From contig JACRJP010000003.1 of NCBI GenBank assembly GCA_016215455.1, forward strand, positions 132,657 to 190,626: 57,970 nt of DNA. The letters are read 5' to 3'. Under the pieces are notes generated by a model, which was not told the origin of the DNA, did not search any database, and saw only the letters and a list, made by a program, of their open reading frames with translations. Position 1 is the stretch's first letter; each line of letters starts with the position of its first letter. This document shows, piece by piece, positions 56,189 through 57,970 of this stretch. The position numbers and the translations under genes are program-made. The stretch comes from Candidatus Tayloriibacteriota bacterium (GTDB lineage: Bacteria; Patescibacteriota; Minisyncoccia; Phycocordibacterales; PALSA-1337).

Positions 56189-57970
56189 TATTCACTAACT
56201 GTCGTATCAGAAGGAGTCGTATCACTCACAGGTACCTCTGGCACAGGTTCTTGTACAACAGGTTCCGGACTTGGTGTTGAGACAGGCTCTTCACTTGATA
56301 CTGGTTCTGATGGTGTACTTGGTGTTGATGTTGCCTCAGGTGCCGGAGACGGAGCTGGCTCTTCAGCTACTGGTGGTGTCGACGTAGCTACTGGATCAGT
56401 TGTTGTTCCTGTAGGAGTCGGAGTAGGTGTTGGTGTTGGTGTTGGTGTCGACGAGACCGTAGATGTAGCTATACCATTTCCACACTTACCTTGCTCGGAC
56501 TGTAGTATACCATTTGCCACAAACATACAGACTGGTTGTCCTGTTACACGATCAGAGATTGTGATACCTGACGCAGCAAGCTGTGAAGGATCTGGCTCAA
56601 CAGTCAAAGATTTTGTTGTCATAGCGTTAGAAACTACTGATGCAGCATGCATTACTCCTTGTTTGATGTCGACACCAAGAGATACCATCCAATCAGAGAC
56701 AGTTGTGATAATAGAAGTTGAATCTCCTGAATTTGATGGAGATCCTCCACCACTATATGTTGATGATGCCGCGAGAAGTGCCTCGATATTTGCAATACGA
56801 CTCTCTAGTACATCAACCTTCTTTACTTGTTCTTGCAAACCAGCAAGAGTGAATGTTGCGAGCTTATACACATCAACTCCCTTTCCATTTGCTGAAAGAA
56901 CTTCAGAAGGTGCTTCTTCTGCTATCAATCCAATACGGAGAGGACTTGTTTCTGATTCAGTATTGTAATGATATCGAGCAAATTTCATATCCTTGATTGT
57001 CTTAAGGAATGACACTGTCTCTGATTCAGAAAGATATGTAATATCTTTCTTAGCTGATCGTGTTGATACATTCACAAACGAAGTTCCTGCAACATCACCG
57101 TCTACATACAATTTGTAGTATGGTGAAGTAGTTCCGATACCGACGTTGCCTGATGCATCTATACTAAGACTTGGTGATGTTGTTGGCGCTCTATTCAAAT
57201 CAAGTACCTGAACAATATCCTTAACTGCGCTTAATGTGATAATCGGGAGTGCTGAGAAGTTTACTTGCTTGAAACCATATATATCTACAGATACTAATTC
57301 AGGGAATGACTCTTCGATGTTCTGAGCGATCACACCAATTTGAGTTGATGAACCAAAAGCAAATTGAGGATATTGTTCATATTTCCAGTTATATGTTGAT
57401 GGTCGGAGTGAAGCAATCTTATCAAGAGCTCGAGGTAATTCTTGGATATTTGTTTTTAGGTTGATGTCAGAAGAACATGTACCTGTGAGAGTTGTACCGT
57501 CAGCGTCCTTCACACAACCTGTTGTACCAGTACCGATACGAATATCTCCGTTAACATCGAGTGTATCACTTGCGCTTGATTTACCGACGGCAACTTTAAT
57601 ATCAGTACTCTTAATGAGGGCGAGACCGATATTAGCAGCCAAACTTGTTGATGAAGCGATACGGAACGACTTATCAGATGAAAGGTATCCCATAGACCAT
57701 GCATTCACATCATCTGTAAACTGGAATACTGAATCCCCTGTTCCACTACCGATTGAAACTCCTCCAGCAAATGTTGATGTTGCTGTAGTACTTGTTGCGT
57801 AGATGTAATCAGCAACGATTGCTCCTGCCACTGAAAGTTTTGCGTATGGTGATGTGGTACCAATACCTAATCTATTATTCGTATTATCCCAGAAGAGACT
57901 TGAAGATGTAGCAATAGCTGATGCGCCGTTACCAAATGGAATGAAACCTGAACTCAAACTTGCCCAACCA
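56188..57970 (-). CDS. Tail-fibre-like surface protein with two internal S74-type intramolecular-chaperone modules; N terminus probably beyond the right edge
   Basis: The reading frame stays open past the ATG at 57957 to the window end. GIGTTSPYAKLSVAG and GIGTTSPYYKLYVDG motifs, SSDINLKTNIQELPRALDKIASLRPSTYNWK..IGVIAQNIEESFPELV, and a second copy TRSAKKDITYL..RIGLIAEEAPSEVL. (TP)6 and P/S/E/T-rich tail. Confidence 0.8.
   Translation of the reverse strand, partial: GWASLSSGFIPFGNGASAIATSSSLFWDNTNNRLGIGTTSPYAKLSVAGAIVADYIYATSTTATSTFAGGVSIGSGTGDSVFQFTDDVNAWSMGYLSSDKSFRIASSTSLAANIGLALIKSTDIKVAVGKSSASDTLDVNGDIRIGTGTTGCVKDADGTTLTGTCSSDINLKTNIQELPRALDKIASLRPSTYNWKYEQYPQFAFGSSTQIGVIAQNIEESFPELVSVDIYGFKQVNFSALPIITLSAVKDIVQVLDLNRAPTTSPSLSIDASGNVGIGTTSPYYKLYVDGDVAGTSFVNVSTRSAKKDITYLSESETVSFLKTIKDMKFARYHYNTESETSPLRIGLIAEEAPSEVLSANGKGVDVYKLATFTLAGLQEQVKKVDVLESRIANIEALLAASSTYSGGGSPSNSGDSTSIITTVSDWMVSLGVDIKQGVMHAASVVSNAMTTKSLTVEPDPSQLAASGITISDRVTGQPVCMFVANGILQSEQGKCGNGIATSTVSSTPTPTPTPTPTPTGTTTDPVATSTPPVAEEPAPSPAPEATSTPSTPSEPVSSEEPVSTPSPEPVVQEPVPEVPVSDTTPSDTTVSE

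Noticed and set aside
56426-56448. (GGTGTT)n hexanucleotide tract as a possible phase-variation repeat.
   Set aside because: It encodes an in-frame (Thr-Pro) linker. A unit length of 6 nt keeps the frame, so it cannot switch expression on or off.

Overview
AT-biased bacterial chromosome segment using the standard genetic code, with TGA acting as a stop. I place about 60 protein genes and one tRNA-Gln(CUG). I saw no rRNA, CRISPR array, transposase or integrase. Gene content suggests a Patescibacteria/CPR (Parcubacteria-like) genome: many small membrane proteins, a LemA/TPM pair, a pilin-like gene, cohesin-like surface proteins, tail-fibre-like proteins with GIGTTSPY motifs and few Shine-Dalgarno sites. 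That placement is inference only. The housekeeping backbone holds partial nrdJ, groES-groEL, secG, RNase J, enolase, gpmI, lexA, NDH-2, a cyclophilin, an NrnA-like DHH phosphoesterase and a PIF1-like helicase.

Accessory or unusual content:
1. A six-gene minus-strand surface operon at the right edge (48352-57970). It has three membrane-anchored cohesin-like paralogues, a dockerin-tailed Fn3 protein, a 1043-aa Gly-rich/propeller/Fn3 protein and a tail-fibre-like protein with two internal S74-type modules.
2. A tightly packed five-gene operon (37909-43064): histidine phosphatase, GT2, double Nudix, GT4, histidine phosphatase.
3. Three tandem paralogous membrane-protein genes (22084-23869). Two share a 69-nt element that runs through the stop codon and opens a coupled hydrophobic micro-ORF.
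4. Six G+C-rich orphan singleton genes scattered through the backbone, several with their own promoter and terminator. One, at the window centre, is bracketed by 15-nt direct repeats.
5. A textbook SOS promoter with a GAAC-N4-GTTC box in its spacer, driving a 71-codon ORF plus lexA.
6. A very AT-rich two-component cassette.
7. Several -10 boxes only 6-9 nt from start codons, suggesting leaderless mRNAs.

All domain calls come from reading motifs by eye. No database search was run.
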